Part shown: one piece after another, positions 13,002 through 26,878 of the stretch | Layout: every line of letters begins with the position of its first letter | Position numbering within the stretch: the first letter of the stretch is position 1 | From: Octopus bimaculoides | Taxonomy: Eukaryota | Length of the DNA stretch: 64,000 nt | Reading direction: 5' to 3' | NCBI RefSeq assembly: GCF_001194135.2 | Contig: NC_068996.1 | Location: forward strand, 53,286,723-53,350,722 | The notes under the pieces: generated by a model | Database searches by the model: none | Told to the model about the DNA's origin: nothing | Seen by the model: the letters and a program-made list of their open reading frames with translations, nothing else | Translations under genes and position numbers: made by a program

Positions 13002-13460
13002 CCGTAAATCCTCGAATATAATCCGCATTTCCCCCCCAAAATTTAAAGGTCAAAATCCCTAGTGCGTACTATATACGAGGTTAAAAATGAGAAATATTTT
13101 CTAAGCAATGTCCGAGTCTCTATTTGCTGTCCGGCAATGTTTATTCAGACGCATTTTGTGATGTCAGGCTTGTAACTGATAGTGATAAATATGTAAAGGC
13201 AATTTACTTAATATTTATTTTTCACTGTTATTTCTTTATTTTCTGCAAACAAAGTGCACAAAAAGCTACACGTTTGCATTATGTTATATATACAATAATA
13301 ATAAAGGACGTTACCGTATATACGTTAACAAACTAAGGACGTTATATATACCTCCTTCACTCAAGTTAGAGAAGGGGTGTGTAGGTTTTTCAGAGGTACA
13401 GCCCCCTAAAAATCCCCTGTGTATTATACTCAAGGGTGGACTATACTCGAGGATTTACGG
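13002..13460. mobile_element. Tc1/mariner-pogo type MITE with TA target duplication
   Basis: TIRs CCGTAAATCCTCGA(A/G)TATA / TATACTCGAGGATTTACGG flanked by TA. Second copy at 55495-55885. Confidence 0.85.
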
Positions 13461-14342
13461 TACCACATATACAAATTATTTTTTTCCCTTTATTTTTGAT
13501 ACTCTTCAGAAAAAGAATGGAAAAGAGTATAGATCTTAAAAGAAGTTCTAAGTCTTAAAGAGAAAAAAATTGACCCTTTTGTAGCAAACCCTGGCAATTC
13601 CTTGAACTTTCTTATTCTACATACAGAATCTACATTACAACCACAAACTGAGTGAACTTCTTTGGTTTTGCCTTGTTAGAAATAACAGCCACATTCCTTC
13701 ACATTACACACAACTGTCTTTAAAAAAAAAGTATAGACACATTAGACAATAGGTCGTAGGCAAACAAAGGATAGGATGCCATGTATCGAATGCCTTTGCT
13801 TACAGGTCTACTCACACAGGGTTAACCCTGGGCTAAACAACAAAAACAATGTTGCAACCATGAATTAATTATATAACTAATTATACTGTTTTGAGATTTG
13901 GGATAAGCTGTCCTGGGTAAATGTTTGGGAGGAATTTAGGAAGGTCAGAGCTGAAATGCTTTTCATCCTCGGTTTGCTCAAAAATGGCACTACAAGAATT
14001 CTCAACTTAAAATATGAGACATGAGATAGAAACTTTAGTGAATGATGAATAACTTCATCAGGATAAAAAGGCACATGCCTTTTCAATGTAACAGTTTAAA
14101 TAATAACTAGACCGGTCAAACTGTAAGGATTTTGATAAAAATTGACAGTTAAGACTTTTAAGATGAAACCAAAGAAGCTGTTCATATGATGCATCCAAAT
14201 GGAAATTAAAAAGAAAATAGTTATCAAATTACTCCCCTTGAAAAACTTAGATACCAAGTTACCGTTTCCTATTATTTGTGAAAAATTTCTTTGAAATGTT
14301 AAAATGTGAATATTACAAACAATGATCGATATTTAGTTTCTT

Positions 14343-14723
14343 TTATTTATTTTTTTACTTGTTTCAGTCATTTGACCGTGGCCATGCTGGAGCACTGCCT
14401 TTAGTCGAACAAATCAACCCCAGGACTTATTCTTTGTAAGCCTAGTAGTTATTCTATCAGTCCCTTTTGCTGAACCGCTAAGTTAAGGGGACGTAAACAC
14501 ACAAGCATCGGTTGTTAAGCAATGTTGGGGGGACAAACACAGACACACACACACATATATATATACAACAGGCTTTTTTCAGTTTCCGTCTACCAAATCC
14601 ACTCACAAGGCTTTGGTTGGCCTGAGGCTATAGTAGAAGACACTTGCCCATGGTGCCATGCACTAGGACTGAACCCGGAACCTTGTGGTTGGTATGCAAG
14701 CTACTTACCACACAGCCACTCCT
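14343..14723 (-). mobile_element. tRNA-derived SINE (family A), full length
   Basis: A-box TGGCTGTGTGG and B-box on minus. Repeated throughout the window. Confidence 0.85.
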
Positions 14724-14831
14724 GATATTCAAAATAAGAATAATTATTTAATAAGGAGCTAAAAAAGGAAGAAATATTACCACCATTAATGCAAAATAAA
14801 TAAAAGGAAAAGTTGTAACGCTAGAACATAC

Positions 14832-17023
14832 CTTGCTCTTTTGTTCTTCTGCATCCCACCATTTTTCAAAGGATTTGAAAGCAGAATTTTCAACCATTTT
14901 TTTGCAAAGATCTTTCTGCATAACTTCTTTTAGCTGTCGTACGAAACTGTCCAAGACAAAAAGGAAAGTTTTATCATTAGGATCTTTTTCTTCGTCTGAT
15001 TGTGTTTCTTCATTGGTAGTTCCATTTCCTTTGTTGCTTGTACCATTCTGTAATGTTGTAGAATCACAAAGACTCTGGTTTAGGAAGTTTACAGGCACAA
15101 CACTATTTTGGATGTGGGCAGTATAGCTTTGATTGTAATTACTGCCAGTGGATTCAGAGCGGCTTGGAGTATTTAGGTAATTACCAAATGAATAAGAATT
15201 AGCAAAACTCCATGGTGCTATACTTGGAGGTGGACGTGAAAAATCAGTTATGAGTGGAACAGGTGGAGCGGCACCTGATGTCTGTGTGCTTGGTATTGAT
15301 TGAAAGTTGTTGGCAGTAAATTTACCATCGTTATTTGGTATTTGAACATTTACTTCTAATTTTTCATCTCCACTACTAATTGATGATAAACTCATGCGAT
15401 CATCATCATCATCATTCTCATCCCCTTCGTCATCCTCTTCTTCCACCTCTTCTTTTTCTTCTTTTGCATTATTATTTTCAATGTCCATATGTGTGTCTTC
15501 AATATTACTTTTAACATTTGGAACACAGCTGTCTTCAACCAAAACTTTCGTATGAAAGGGTGATTCAGCACTAGAAAATGTTTTTGATTGGTTAATATTA
15601 CTAAAATCAGTTGACACAGCAATTTCAGGTTCAAATAACTTATCCCCAACTTCGGATTTATATCGCGCTGTGACGTTATTTGAAGGAATATTACAAGAAC
15701 TAGTACTGTCTGCAGGGGCCACTTTATCAATTTTTTGTTGTTCATAATTAGTCAAAGACAAAGAGGTAAAGCAATTATTTTTAGTTTCAAATCGTTTGTT
15801 CTTGTTAGACATCTCTTTAGAGAATTCAGTCCATTCAGATGTATCAGTTTTGGAAGTTACAGAATGCTTGCTCTCCTCTTCAGATGGTAATTTAGGAACT
15901 TGTTTTGTATGGCTGTTGTTATTTACAGTATTATTACGTGAGGGGACAGAATGTTGCGGATTAGAAGAGTATCGTGAATCAATACTTGGGGGTGTACTTG
16001 CTTCATCTCTTGATAGTGGTGTAGATGGAGGACTGGAATGGTCTTTAGATCGACTTGAATCTGTTGGGCTGCCTAAACCCCCAAGTCCGAAGATACTTAG
16101 TAAACGTGAATCTAAACTTTGATTACGTGGTTCCTCAGCTTCTGGTGTTTTTGGACGATTCCGATGGTCTTTCTCTCGTTGCTTTTCTCGAACGTCTCTG
16201 TTTGAATCTGTCCAATCTTTAACACTTTCGCGCTCAGACTCCCAGCGTTGTTGCGAGAAAGATGATGTTAACTTGTCTTTATACTCGTCTTTTCTCTCTG
16301 TATATGAATGAGATCGTGAGGAACTTTCTGTTTGTGATTGTGTTACTTCGGTTGACAAACAAGGATGCCCACTTTCATAATGTGTCTGTTGTGGCTGTGG
16401 TGGTTGTGGTGGTTGTGGTGGCTGTGGTGGCTGCGGTGGCTGCGGTGGCTGTGGTGGTTGCTGTTGCTGCTGCTGCTGCTGCTGCTGCTGACAATAGGGT
16501 GAAATTACTTGTCGATTTGAATTGGGTTGTGTAAATTGTGTTGCACTGTATTGATATGGTTGTGCATGCTGCGATACATTGTAATGAATGTCCAGTCCAC
16601 GGTTAGATTGGACATGTGACGTTGAATACTGGCTGTAATTTGAATAGCTGCTGGATGTAAAGCTAACCTCAGAATGATCTGAGAAGCTGAGTTCAGATTG
16701 TGGAACAGACCGCTGAAGACTGCTATAATCACTGTCTGTGAAAGAGCCAGTTTCAATAGATTTAGAGGACACATGATGACTAGAAGTGCTACCAAAATCA
16801 AACTCCAAATCACCTGGGTCATATGCTTCCATCCCATAGTCACTATATTTGGATTTGCTCAGTGTGAAGTTGCGACAAGTGCTAGATCGATTACTTGAAG
16901 TTGTAGCAGCTGCATATAAACGGCTGTGTGATCGTGGATCTACTCTTTCTGAAGGTTGTGGACGTCTTGTACTTTTGGGTTTGTCAGCAAGTATTTCCTC
17001 AATAATGCGATTTCTTTCTTTGC
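14832..17023 (-). CDS. SETD1: SETD1 coding exon 6 (2192 nt; S/P/Q-rich region to KKMVENSAFKSFEKWWDAEEQKSK)
   Basis: Lies within the 763-aa ORF 14748-17039. TTTTTTAG acceptor, GTATGT donor. C-terminal block is conserved in SETD1A/B. Confidence 0.95.
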
Positions 17024-18259
17024 CTAAAAAATCAAACAAATTAAATTGATAGCTTTATCATATTAAAATTATAAGATATTCAAGAGAAACATTCAACAAA
17101 ATTTTCACTTCCATTAAAAAAAAATGTAAAAATAGTTCTGAATTTTACATTTTTTGCAAATTCCTATAATATTTATTAAACCATTGTAGTCATTATCTAG
17201 TCATTACATGAAAATTAAAATCTGTAATAATTCTGTAAAAAACCATGACATCATAATTTCGTAATCTACAGGAAGTAACAAATGAAGAAATTAACGTACA
17301 GAAGCAGTGTTTTGTTTTAAATAAAAACAAAATTACAAATATAGGGGAATTTTTCATTTTTTTTTTTTCATTTTATCTAGTTTCAGCTCATGAGCTGTGG
17401 CCATGCTGGGGCACCGCCATTTAGTTACAAATTTGAAAAGTATTCTCTGCTTTCTTCTTAACCCTTTAACATTTAAACTGGTGAAAATATTCTCCCTTCT
17501 TTATGTCTCAACTGCCAGATCTGGCCTTTCACACCTACCCTACAATGTCATTCTAAAAATAAACAGTCACATCATTGAAACCTTAATGCTACAAGATAGT
17601 ACACGGTTAATTCAAAACAATTTGAATAAGCAAGCATTACATTTGACAGCGTAGTCTGAATATTAAAGGGTAAAATTTGGTATAAGCTAAGAACTTTATG
17701 AACTGATCTACAAACAAACCAATGACATCCAACCACCACTGGATATATCACAACCAATATCCTGCATCACACAAGTCCATGAAACTTTAGATTTTCTCTC
17801 TCTCCTATTATCAGTTGATAGATTTGCAATACAGCAGTAAATGTTGCAACCTCTAAAGGTCACAGCATCAGCAAATCATATTCTGAATGTGAACATAGTT
17901 GACAGAAAAATTCTTATTTCAGGTTTGGGCTGGAATTTTACGATTGGACAGCATTCTTGTTGGCAGCTCCCATGTAATACAGCTTGGTTGTGTATTATAT
18001 GACAATTGTATAAGTGCTCTTTTGTACATTTATCAATTTGGCATTAGGAAGGGCAACCAGCCATAGAACCCATGCCAAAACAAATAGAAAAAGGACAGCT
18101 CTCCAGCTCAAATTGTCCAACCTACAACAGCATGAGAATATGTATAGATCTGCGCAAACTTGTGAACTGAACCTCTTTTTATTCTTATAGGCACATACAA
18201 AACAGAAGCTATGTAAACTAATAAATCATTGGTTTGGAGATTACAAATTTTTGTCTTAC

Positions 18260-18359
18260 CCATTATATCTATAATCACAGTTATTATGTTGCCCATCTTC
18301 GATGTTTGATTTAGTTTATCAACACAGGCTTTAGCACACTTGGAAGATGAAAAAAGTAC
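18260..18359 (-). CDS. SETD1: SETD1 coding exon 5, RRM second part (VLFSSSKCAKACVDKLNQTSKMGNIITVIIDIM)
   Basis: TTTTAG acceptor, GTAAGA donor, 100 nt. Matches V.F....AK.AV..L...S.MGNII.V.LD. Confidence 0.93.
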
Positions 18360-20174
18360 CTAAAATACAAAATAACAATCACATCAATATTTTAAAATAA
18401 AATATGTCAAAATTTATATCATTCTTAAACGTATACACTGTTAGAAAATTTTGTGTGAAGGAATATTTGTGTATTTATAGAAAACATTCAAAAACAACAT
18501 GAATATTTTAAGACTGTATGCAGATAATGATACCCACCAGACTTGCTGTTTATACATTTTTATATGTTCACTATAAAAAATTTTTTTAAATATGGAGAGA
18601 GAGAGAGGGGGGGGTGTTTTCCTAAAATGTTCTAAGTAAATAAAATCATTTGGGCACTACTGTCAATGTCAAATAATAGAAAAATGCTATGAGAAATGAC
18701 AGTGAATACAAGACTTAAGAATCAGCATAAGAAGATGGCAAAACATGGATTTTACCACTTGTGACAGTCATTTGTTATCTCTCTTGTGAGGCCCAACCTC
18801 ACCACACTCCATGACTTCTTTTGGTTCCTCACTCCACAGATACCATTTATCCAAAATACCTTGTACATCTTCAGAAAGCTGACATCTTCCATATGCATTA
18901 CCTGTAATACTAATGCAGCCTTCTCTCTCATAAATTTCCAAAGTCTTCTTATAGCCCGTTTCACTCTCATCTCATTTGTGCCCCGCCATTCACGCACACA
19001 TTACAATTCCACCGTAGCAAGCTTGATCCATTGTTCTTTCCTGACCTCTCAATTCTTCTGTATGCAAAGCTCCACAACTAACAGTCAAGCAGCATTGCAC
19101 TTCATAAACAATTATCATAAAATCTTCCCTTCATTTTTAGAGAGAAACACTTTGTTGTTAACAGAGGTAAAAGCTATCTGAACTTTTCCAACAGTATTTT
19201 TAGTTTGGCAACTGTGCCTCTGGAGCACCCACTTCCAATGTTAATTAGGTTACCTAGGTAACAAAAGTCACCAACTCCATCATCAAGGAAGTTTTCTGTC
19301 TATTTTCTGAGTACTCTATCTACTCCTGTATGCTAGCCACACACAAAGTCTGCCAGTGATCTCATTACATCTTTTGTACAACCATAATTTACATTGGATA
19401 CACCATATGGAATTCTTACCTACACATTTGCAACTTATTCGGAATGGCTATTTCACTATTGGTAGTCTTCTTCCCTGTTAATTGAAATTTTAGATTTCGT
19501 AAGATTACCTTTGAGGTGTCTTGATTCCAGGTTTTACTTCTGATGTATACTGGCACTCCATCAGTTACAATGATGAGTGTTTCAGTTGATCCAATCAATG
19601 GAACAGCTTGCTTGTGAAATTAATGTGCAAGTGACTGAGCACTCCACAGACACATATATCCTGTGATTATACAATGTTTATGCACAAAGTGCAATGTTGC
19701 ATGACTTTAAAGTAGATTTGTGAAGATAAGACAGAAATGAAGCGAATATACATCACTAGATTAACAAAAATAGTATGTATAAACATATTGAGCTGAGAGA
19801 AAAATTTGGAGATAAGATGACTCAGATGTAACATGCAACAAAAGAAATTAAGCTTGTATGGGTATGAGATGCCATGTATAAAGCACCTGCACTGGTGCCA
19901 CATAGAAAGTATGTGCTGGTACCATAAAAAAGCATCTGTGTTGGTGGCACATAAAAAGCACCCAGTTACACTCTGTAAAGTGGTTGATATTGGGAAGGGC
20001 ATCTAGCCATAGAAATCATGCCAAAACAGATAAATGGAGCAACCCTTCAGCTTGCCAACTCCTTGTCAAACCATCCAACCCATGCCAGTATGGAAAACAG
20101 ATATCTGATGATGATGATGATACACACAATTTAAAACAAGATACTGACTTCTCTGAGACATGAGGCATGCCTCT

Positions 20175-20410
20175 TATTTCTTTATTGCCCACAAGGGGCT
20201 AAACATAGAGGGGACAAACAAGGACAGACAAGGGGATTAAGTCAATTACATCAACCTCACTATGCAACTGGTACTTAATTTATTGAACCCAAAAGGATGA
20301 AAGGCAAAGTCAACCTCGGCGAAATTTGAACTCAGAATGTAGCGGCAGACGAAATACTGCTAAGCATTTTGCCCGGCCCCCTAACGATTCGGCCAGCTGG
20401 CCGCCTTTTT
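20175..20410. mobile_element. Family C short interspersed repeat
   Basis: AAAAGGATGAAAGGCAAAGTCAACCTCGGCGAAATTTGAACTCAG, with a second copy at about 49155-49420. Confidence 0.7.
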
Positions 20411-20634
20411 TGAGGCATGCCTCTGGAAACCACCCAACTTCACACAGCATTAACTGGAACTTGTCAGTTGCCACAAACAATAGGACTGACCCTACCCCAC
20501 CCAATGTACACACACACACACACACACACACACAAAGAGAACTTTTAGAAAACCAAACAAGCAGGTGTGAAGCAACAACCAATTTTTAAATCAACATCAT
20601 CATCATCATCATTATTATTATCTAAAATTCATAC

Positions 20635-20805
20635 TTTTCCAATTCCCATGTGTTTTTTGGTCTTTGGATGGTGATATATCTTAATTTCTTCTATACTTCC
20701 AAAATGCTGACACATGTTTTCTAGAAATTTAAAATCGATGTTGTCATTCAGATTTGTAAATGTCACTTCATTAGGAGGTGGTATTCCAATATAGTGCTGA
20801 TCATA
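20635..20805 (-). CDS. SETD1: SETD1 coding exon 4, RRM first part (YDQHYIGIPPPNEVTF...KKHMGIGK)
   Basis: TTTGCAG acceptor, GTATGA donor, 171 nt. Typical SET1 RRM. Confidence 0.95.
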
Positions 20806-22661
20806 CTGCAAATAAAAAATATTAAACAAATACAGTTACTATATTGTGAATCACAGACAGCTGTTTCATAAAATTGTTTCCGCAAAGTTACTTCTATATT
20901 GTATTATTAACAACAAAGTAAATTAATCCAAAGAGTAATCATACATAGAGAAGGACATGAGGATTAGATTGGTCTATCAAAGAAATGAAAATGACGTTGG
21001 AGACATACAAAAGCATCTCAGGTATAAAAAAAAAGAAAAAGTGTTCCAGCATCCGCAGAATGTGACAAGTATCAAATGTGAAGCTTGCAGTTCAAGAATG
21101 GTTTTTGACATAAGAAAAGGATGCATCAGTGATAGGCCAGTTCCAGCTTATATCTCCATTTAATGTAGACAAATATAAGATTTTTAGCTCAGAAAAGACT
21201 GATTGCTACAGAAATCCATACAGAAAGCAAGTGTCTAAGGTTTTTGAAGCTGCTTTCAGAAGACAATTGGTTTTGGAAATTTGTTGATCATATCAAAACC
21301 AAGGAAAAGGACTTCCATTTTGTATGAATTGACTTGGAATAAAATGCATGGATCCATTTTGCTCGTACTTTTACCATCAGGAAATGGGTTTCATCCTATC
21401 ACAAACTATGTGCAAAGACTTCTAATGAAATTACTCAATTTTGTATTTGTTTCATCAGTAGAAAGTTCATATTGACAGCTGTTAACTCTGGTATCAACAT
21501 TTATTTTGAATACTTAACACATTCATCTCAATCTAGATCGTCTCTGTTGTCCATTATCAGTAGCCCTATAAAACCCAATTTGAGGGCCATCCACATTCCA
21601 TCTCTCAGGAGACAACATATATCCCAGTCAGAGATTCGTGTAAGGTCTGTCGCAATGAGTTGCAACCATATCTTCAGTTGCCCACCAAAGTAAGTCAAGT
21701 ATGAAATCAGTTGTCACTGTGAATAATATGAAAGGCCAAATGAAATAAACCAGTTCCTATAAGCATTTGTCCAAAATGGATTTTCAACCTGGCAGTAGAT
21801 GAGAAAACCATTAAACGTAAAAGACAGCAGCGGTTGGGCAGGATTGATAGAACTATATGCATGTAAACATTTTGTGTTGGCCCTTTGACAGGTAACCTTT
21901 CACAGACAATGGAACTAGCTTTTGAAAGTGTAATGACTACAGAATATGCAAATGGGATCCCACTGGAGCCTTGGCCACATGGAATACCCTGCAGCTTTTA
22001 AGCATTACATTTTACTACCTGATGGACAATTTTATTTTTCTGACACCACAAGCTATATTTCCTGACCATCAATGACATATATTCAGTACATGTACCCAAT
22101 TTACATTGCTAAATCAAGAAGTTAATGTACATTGTAGGGGTACCATAAAATCTCTTTTTTTGTTTTGTGCTGACGATGCTCACCAAGAACTAAATCATAA
22201 AATAATTCCTTGAGATCATCAAGATGGATGATACATCACTTACGATGGTGATACCTCAAAAGTGAGCTTCCATACTGAGACAGCCAACCCTTTCCAGCCG
22301 TACTGTATCACACATAAAAGATGTCCAACTGATGTTTAGTGTATTGCTTAGACATTTCCATTGAAATTTTGTAAGAATTTTGACACTTCATTGATTGCTG
22401 ATAAAACATACATTCTCAGACAAATATTGCGATGTAAGCCTTAGAATTGCAAAGCTTGACAGAAAATTGAAGTCCCTGTCTGCCTAAATTATTACTCATG
22501 ATTCCCAATACAAGTGACACCTTATCAATACTCAAAATGATCTCAGAATTCAAGGAACCATGCATTGCTTTTGGTTATGATCAACAAAACATGAACAAAA
22601 TAAGAAACTCAAACTTATGCAATGTGTGCAAACTGAGATGAAAGAATATAAATCTAAAAAC

Positions 22662-22775
22662 CTTAAATTTTGGAACTTCCAAATCCATAGTTTGGCGACT
22701 GGTCCATAGCATGTAGCGAGGATTTGACCTTGAATTTGAACGCCGTCGAGGATCTTTCACATCAATTGTCTGTTC
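22662..22775 (-). CDS. SETD1: SETD1 coding exon 3 (EQTIDVKDPRRRSNSRSNPRYMLWTSRQTMDLEVPKFK)
   Basis: TTACATAG acceptor, 114 nt, phase 0-0. Conserved DPR...W...L.VPKFK. Donor is a weak AAG|GTTTTT. Confidence 0.88.
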
Positions 22776-25184
22776 CTATGTAAAATAATGTGGATATTAA
22801 TTAAAACATGAAATGTTAGAATTTAAAAAAAGAAAGAAAAAACCTTACACATATTCTCTGTGAAATAAAACAAGAAAAAAATAAAATAAAATGAAAATTT
22901 ACATTATTCTTTTAATAACATGGTTGAAATATTTCTTGCAAGTTAACAAGTTTTGCAATAATACAATCTAGCAAATATTCAATTGAAAGAGGATGCAACA
23001 GACATTTGTTGCAGAACACATCTTGAAGAATTCCCCCCCACCACCTCCAGATATTAAGGAAATGAGGGAATTTTGGTTACTTAATTTGCTTAAATTGCTA
23101 CCAAATCTCTTCATATCATATTCTACTGTCTTAACTCTATAGCATTAAAATGGCCACATCCAGCTCAAGCATTCTACCTGCTTTTATGTTCGAATTGGCC
23201 AGATCTGACCTATTACACCTACCCTGTATTGTCATTCTAAAGCTAAAAAAAAAAAAAAAAAANNNNNNNNNNTTCATAGTCACTGGTGCAAATTTTGCAG
23301 AAATTCTGATCGAAATTGAAGTTTCCAGAAGCTTAATTTAAGGTTTTTGAAAGCTGTTTATTTGCAAATGTTTTGAAAAACCCATTTCACTCAAAATAGT
23401 TACGTACACAATTTCTGCTATTTGAACTGTGGAGTTTCAAGGGGAAATAAATCACAAGGCTTAAAGTGTTAGCTGTTTAAAGTCCATAGATTCAAGTTGC
23501 ATGCTGGTTGTTCAATATATTTCAGATTTAGTTCTACAGGTATCTACTATGATGTCTATAGTTGTAAGCCTCATTTCCCAGAAATCTTTTCCTTCTAATC
23601 CAATTATAATAAAATAATAATGAAATTATTATTATTATTATGCGTCTTTGTTCATGTCACACAAGCCCTGGAGAGGATATCTCTGTAGCTGGATAAAAGA
23701 GACTCCACTGTTCTGTATCAGTTCCTATTTGGAATTAGTGGCCTCCCATCGAACAGCTTGTGTGCAGCAGCACATCTCTACTCACCCTGTTTTTGGCATG
23801 CTTACTACACATGGGTGTACTTCATATCAACAATTTCTCCAAGACATGGACAGGGTGCGTTTCATCAGACCATTAGCACTAAAAACATTAAAGATACTGT
23901 CTACAAAAATAAAATGTCCATTCTATGCAGAATCTGAGTTTTATCAGAAGGCACCATTGTTAGGGAGTAAGTGGCAAAATGGACATAAAATTGTCAGTGA
24001 TAAACTAAATGCAATTTTCCATGGCATTAGGGAGACATAAGGATCATGTTGATGTCTGAAGCAATAGACTACTGCTGGTTAGGTGCATATTGTCAGATTA
24101 GAAGTAAAGGGTGGGATGGGAATGACATTATGAGAGAGAGAGAGAGAGACAGTGAAAGAGGGAGACAGACAGGCAGAGATAGAGTAAAAAATTGAAAAAT
24201 AGATACAAACAAAAGTAAATTAAATAGAAATATTAATTAGATCTTGGGTACATCCATCAATGGCATATTTAACTTAGAATATGATTTCAAGTATAGTCAC
24301 TAACAATTTATATCATAAAAACTATTCCATAAAATTTACAGACAACATGATGATGAGGATGAGTGAACTGCATCAACTGGGCCACCATAGTTAAGTTACT
24401 TTGTAGATATATAAACACATATTCGCTTACTTGCCAAGTGGTAGAGAGAAGAAATTATAGCATCAGCTTATAAAAAAGCATGAGACAAATGTAAGTGACA
24501 GAGGTTGCCATCAGTAGAACGAGAATGTGTACAGGGGGAAAGTGGAAGTGAAAGGGGTGTTTGGTGGATGATACTGAGAATTAGAGCAGCTAAGTGATTA
24601 GTACCATAGTAAGAAGAGTGATAGAGGGGTGGCTGTCAGGAAGATGATTTGTGAGAAAGACACGCATTAGGAATAGATTGGGTGCAGGAGTATAGACATA
24701 ATTATATGATTTTAAGGCTTCGTTTGTGCCAAGATGGATGGGTCCCAGAGTACAACAAATTGCCAGTCATCCTGGTCCTTCGTTAACTCTTCCTTGAGAC
24801 TCAACATCTCAAGGTCACCCCACATTTTACTGGCTCCACCTCTTATACATATTTCATCCACATTTAGCTATCGGCACTTCTTTATGCAGCTGCCTCCATC
24901 CATAATACATTACACGACCATACTAGTGCAGTCTTCCCTCTTGCACACTAAATCCAATGCCTCTTACGCCTAACCTTTTCTTTCAACACATTTGCACTCT
25001 GTTGCACATGCACACTGATGTTGCACATTCAACAGAGTATGTTAGCTTAATTTCTTTCCAGCTTTTGCATGTCCACTGCATTCACAGCCCAATTTCATTA
25101 CTATGTAGCACTGCTGTTCATGCACAAACATCATACAGTCTGTTTTTCACTCAAGAGAGAGGCCTTTTGTGGTCATGATAACGC

Positions 25185-25450
25185 ACCCTTTGCACAATGA
25201 CACTTTGCAAAAGGCACACATAAAAGAGGTTTCAACTTGATGCTCTTCTGCAGTTTTTCTTTTTTTACAATGAATACAATCTATACACTCATCCCCTATC
25301 AATTCTTTAAAAGTAACAGCTTGTTGGGTGTACTGATCTATTATTTCTGCAACAGTTTCAAAAAGAGTATGTGGTAAAAGCCAAAACAGATAATCTAAAG
25401 ATAGAATTTTATAGAGGCAGACTGTGTTGTGGATCAATATTTTCAATGAA
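25185..25450 (-). mobile_element. piggyBac-like transposase C-terminal Cys-rich remnant
   Basis: ORF 25147-25446: CIHCKKRK...ETSFMCAFCKVSLC. Confidence 0.5.
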
Positions 25451-26149
25451 ATCAGGAATATTAACTGGTGGTGTATTGTTTAGCCATGTCATCATAATGT
25501 TTTAAATGGCCGATCTCTCAAAGTGGGTAGAACACATGGAAGAAGAAGACCCAGGAAGATGTGAGGCAAAGTACAGAAGGATGATCTCTGGATGCTGAAC
25601 ATTTGAAGGGGACTGGCCTGCAAGAGTTATGTGCCAGTGCCACGTAAAAAGCACTCACACAGTGCCACATTAAAAGCAGCCAATATCTACATGCTGTAAA
25701 GTGGTTGGCATTAAGAAGGGCATCCAGTCATAGAAACCAAGCCACATCAGACTGGGACTTGGTGGGGCTCTCCAGCTGGCCAGCCCTACTCAAACTGTCC
25801 AACCCATGCCAGCATGGAAAACGGACGTTAAAAGATAATTATGATGATGGCACCTTCAGCATCTTCATCACTATCAAAATATTCTTCCTTGTTGGACAAA
25901 AAATAGAGAAATATCTATATCAGATTCATCCAAAGACAAATCACTTGTTTTCTTTTTCTTCTACATTTGTAAGTCTTCAAGTGAATGCTTTGAAATCAGA
26001 TTCACTGTTTGTTGACGCCTACTGGTAAATACTTAGAAGCAATCGTTTGGCACATTTTCATTCAATTACCATTCTTCACATCATAATAATCTGCACTTCA
26101 AATGTTAAAATTTAAAAAATACATGTACAAAACTTTGTGGTAATTATAT

Positions 26150-26458
26150 TTCAAGCACCAACCGACTGTGACCAATGCCAGTACCCCATGACTGGCTCCT
26201 GTGCCAGTGACATGTAAAAAGCACGAACCAAATGTGATTGTTGCCAGGCCTGCCTTACTGGCTCCTGAGCCGGTGGTACGTAAAAAGCACCCACTACACT
26301 CTCAGAGTGGTTGGCGTTAGGAAGGGCATCCAGCTGTAGAAACACTGCCAAACCAGATTGGAGCCTGGTGTAGCCGCTGGCTCTCCACACCTCAGTCAAA
26401 CTGTCCAACCCATGCCAGCATGGAAAATGGACGTTAATCGATGATGAAGATGATGATT
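26150..26458 (+). mobile_element. Family B repeat (SINE or RTE 3' tail ending in (GAT)n)
   Basis: TTGGCGTTAGGAAGGGCATCCAGCTGTAGAAAC...CCAACCCATGCCAGCATGGAAAATGGACGTTAA. Other copies at about 1670, 9020, 19920, 25630, 32400, 49640 and 52740 (+), and 11110, 11510, 30975 and 50400 (-). Confidence 0.8.
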
Positions 26459-26518
26459 TAGGTGGAAACAGTTTTATCCTGCATTATCTTTGAGCAACAT
26501 TTTGATGATGTTCTTTTA

Positions 26519-26878
26519 TTCTTCTACTTGTTTCAGTCATTTGACTGCGGCCATGCTGGAGCACTGCCTTTAGTCGAACAAATCAACCGCAGGACTTATT
26601 CTTTGTAAGCCTAGTACTTATCCTATCAGTCTGTTTTGCTGAACCGCTAAGTTACAGGGATGTAAACACACCAACATCGATTGTCAAGCGATGGTGGGAA
26701 CAAACACAGACACACAAACATATACATATATACATGACAGGCCTCTTTCAGTTTCCGTCTACCAAATCCACTCACAAGCTTTGGTTGGTCCAAAGCTATA
26801 AGAGAAGACACTTGCCCAAGGTGCCATGCAGTGGGACTGAACTCGGAACCATGTGGTAAGAAGCAAGTTTTTTTACCA
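26519..26878 (-). mobile_element. tRNA-derived SINE (family A)
   Basis: Matches the other copies by eye. Confidence 0.85.

Noticed and set aside
14833-16898. Plus-strand ORFs overlapping exon 6
   Set aside because: Antisense shadows of a long, stop-poor coding exon.
23648-24040. 130-aa plus-strand ORF
   Set aside because: No recognisable motif, non-ATG start, no splice context.
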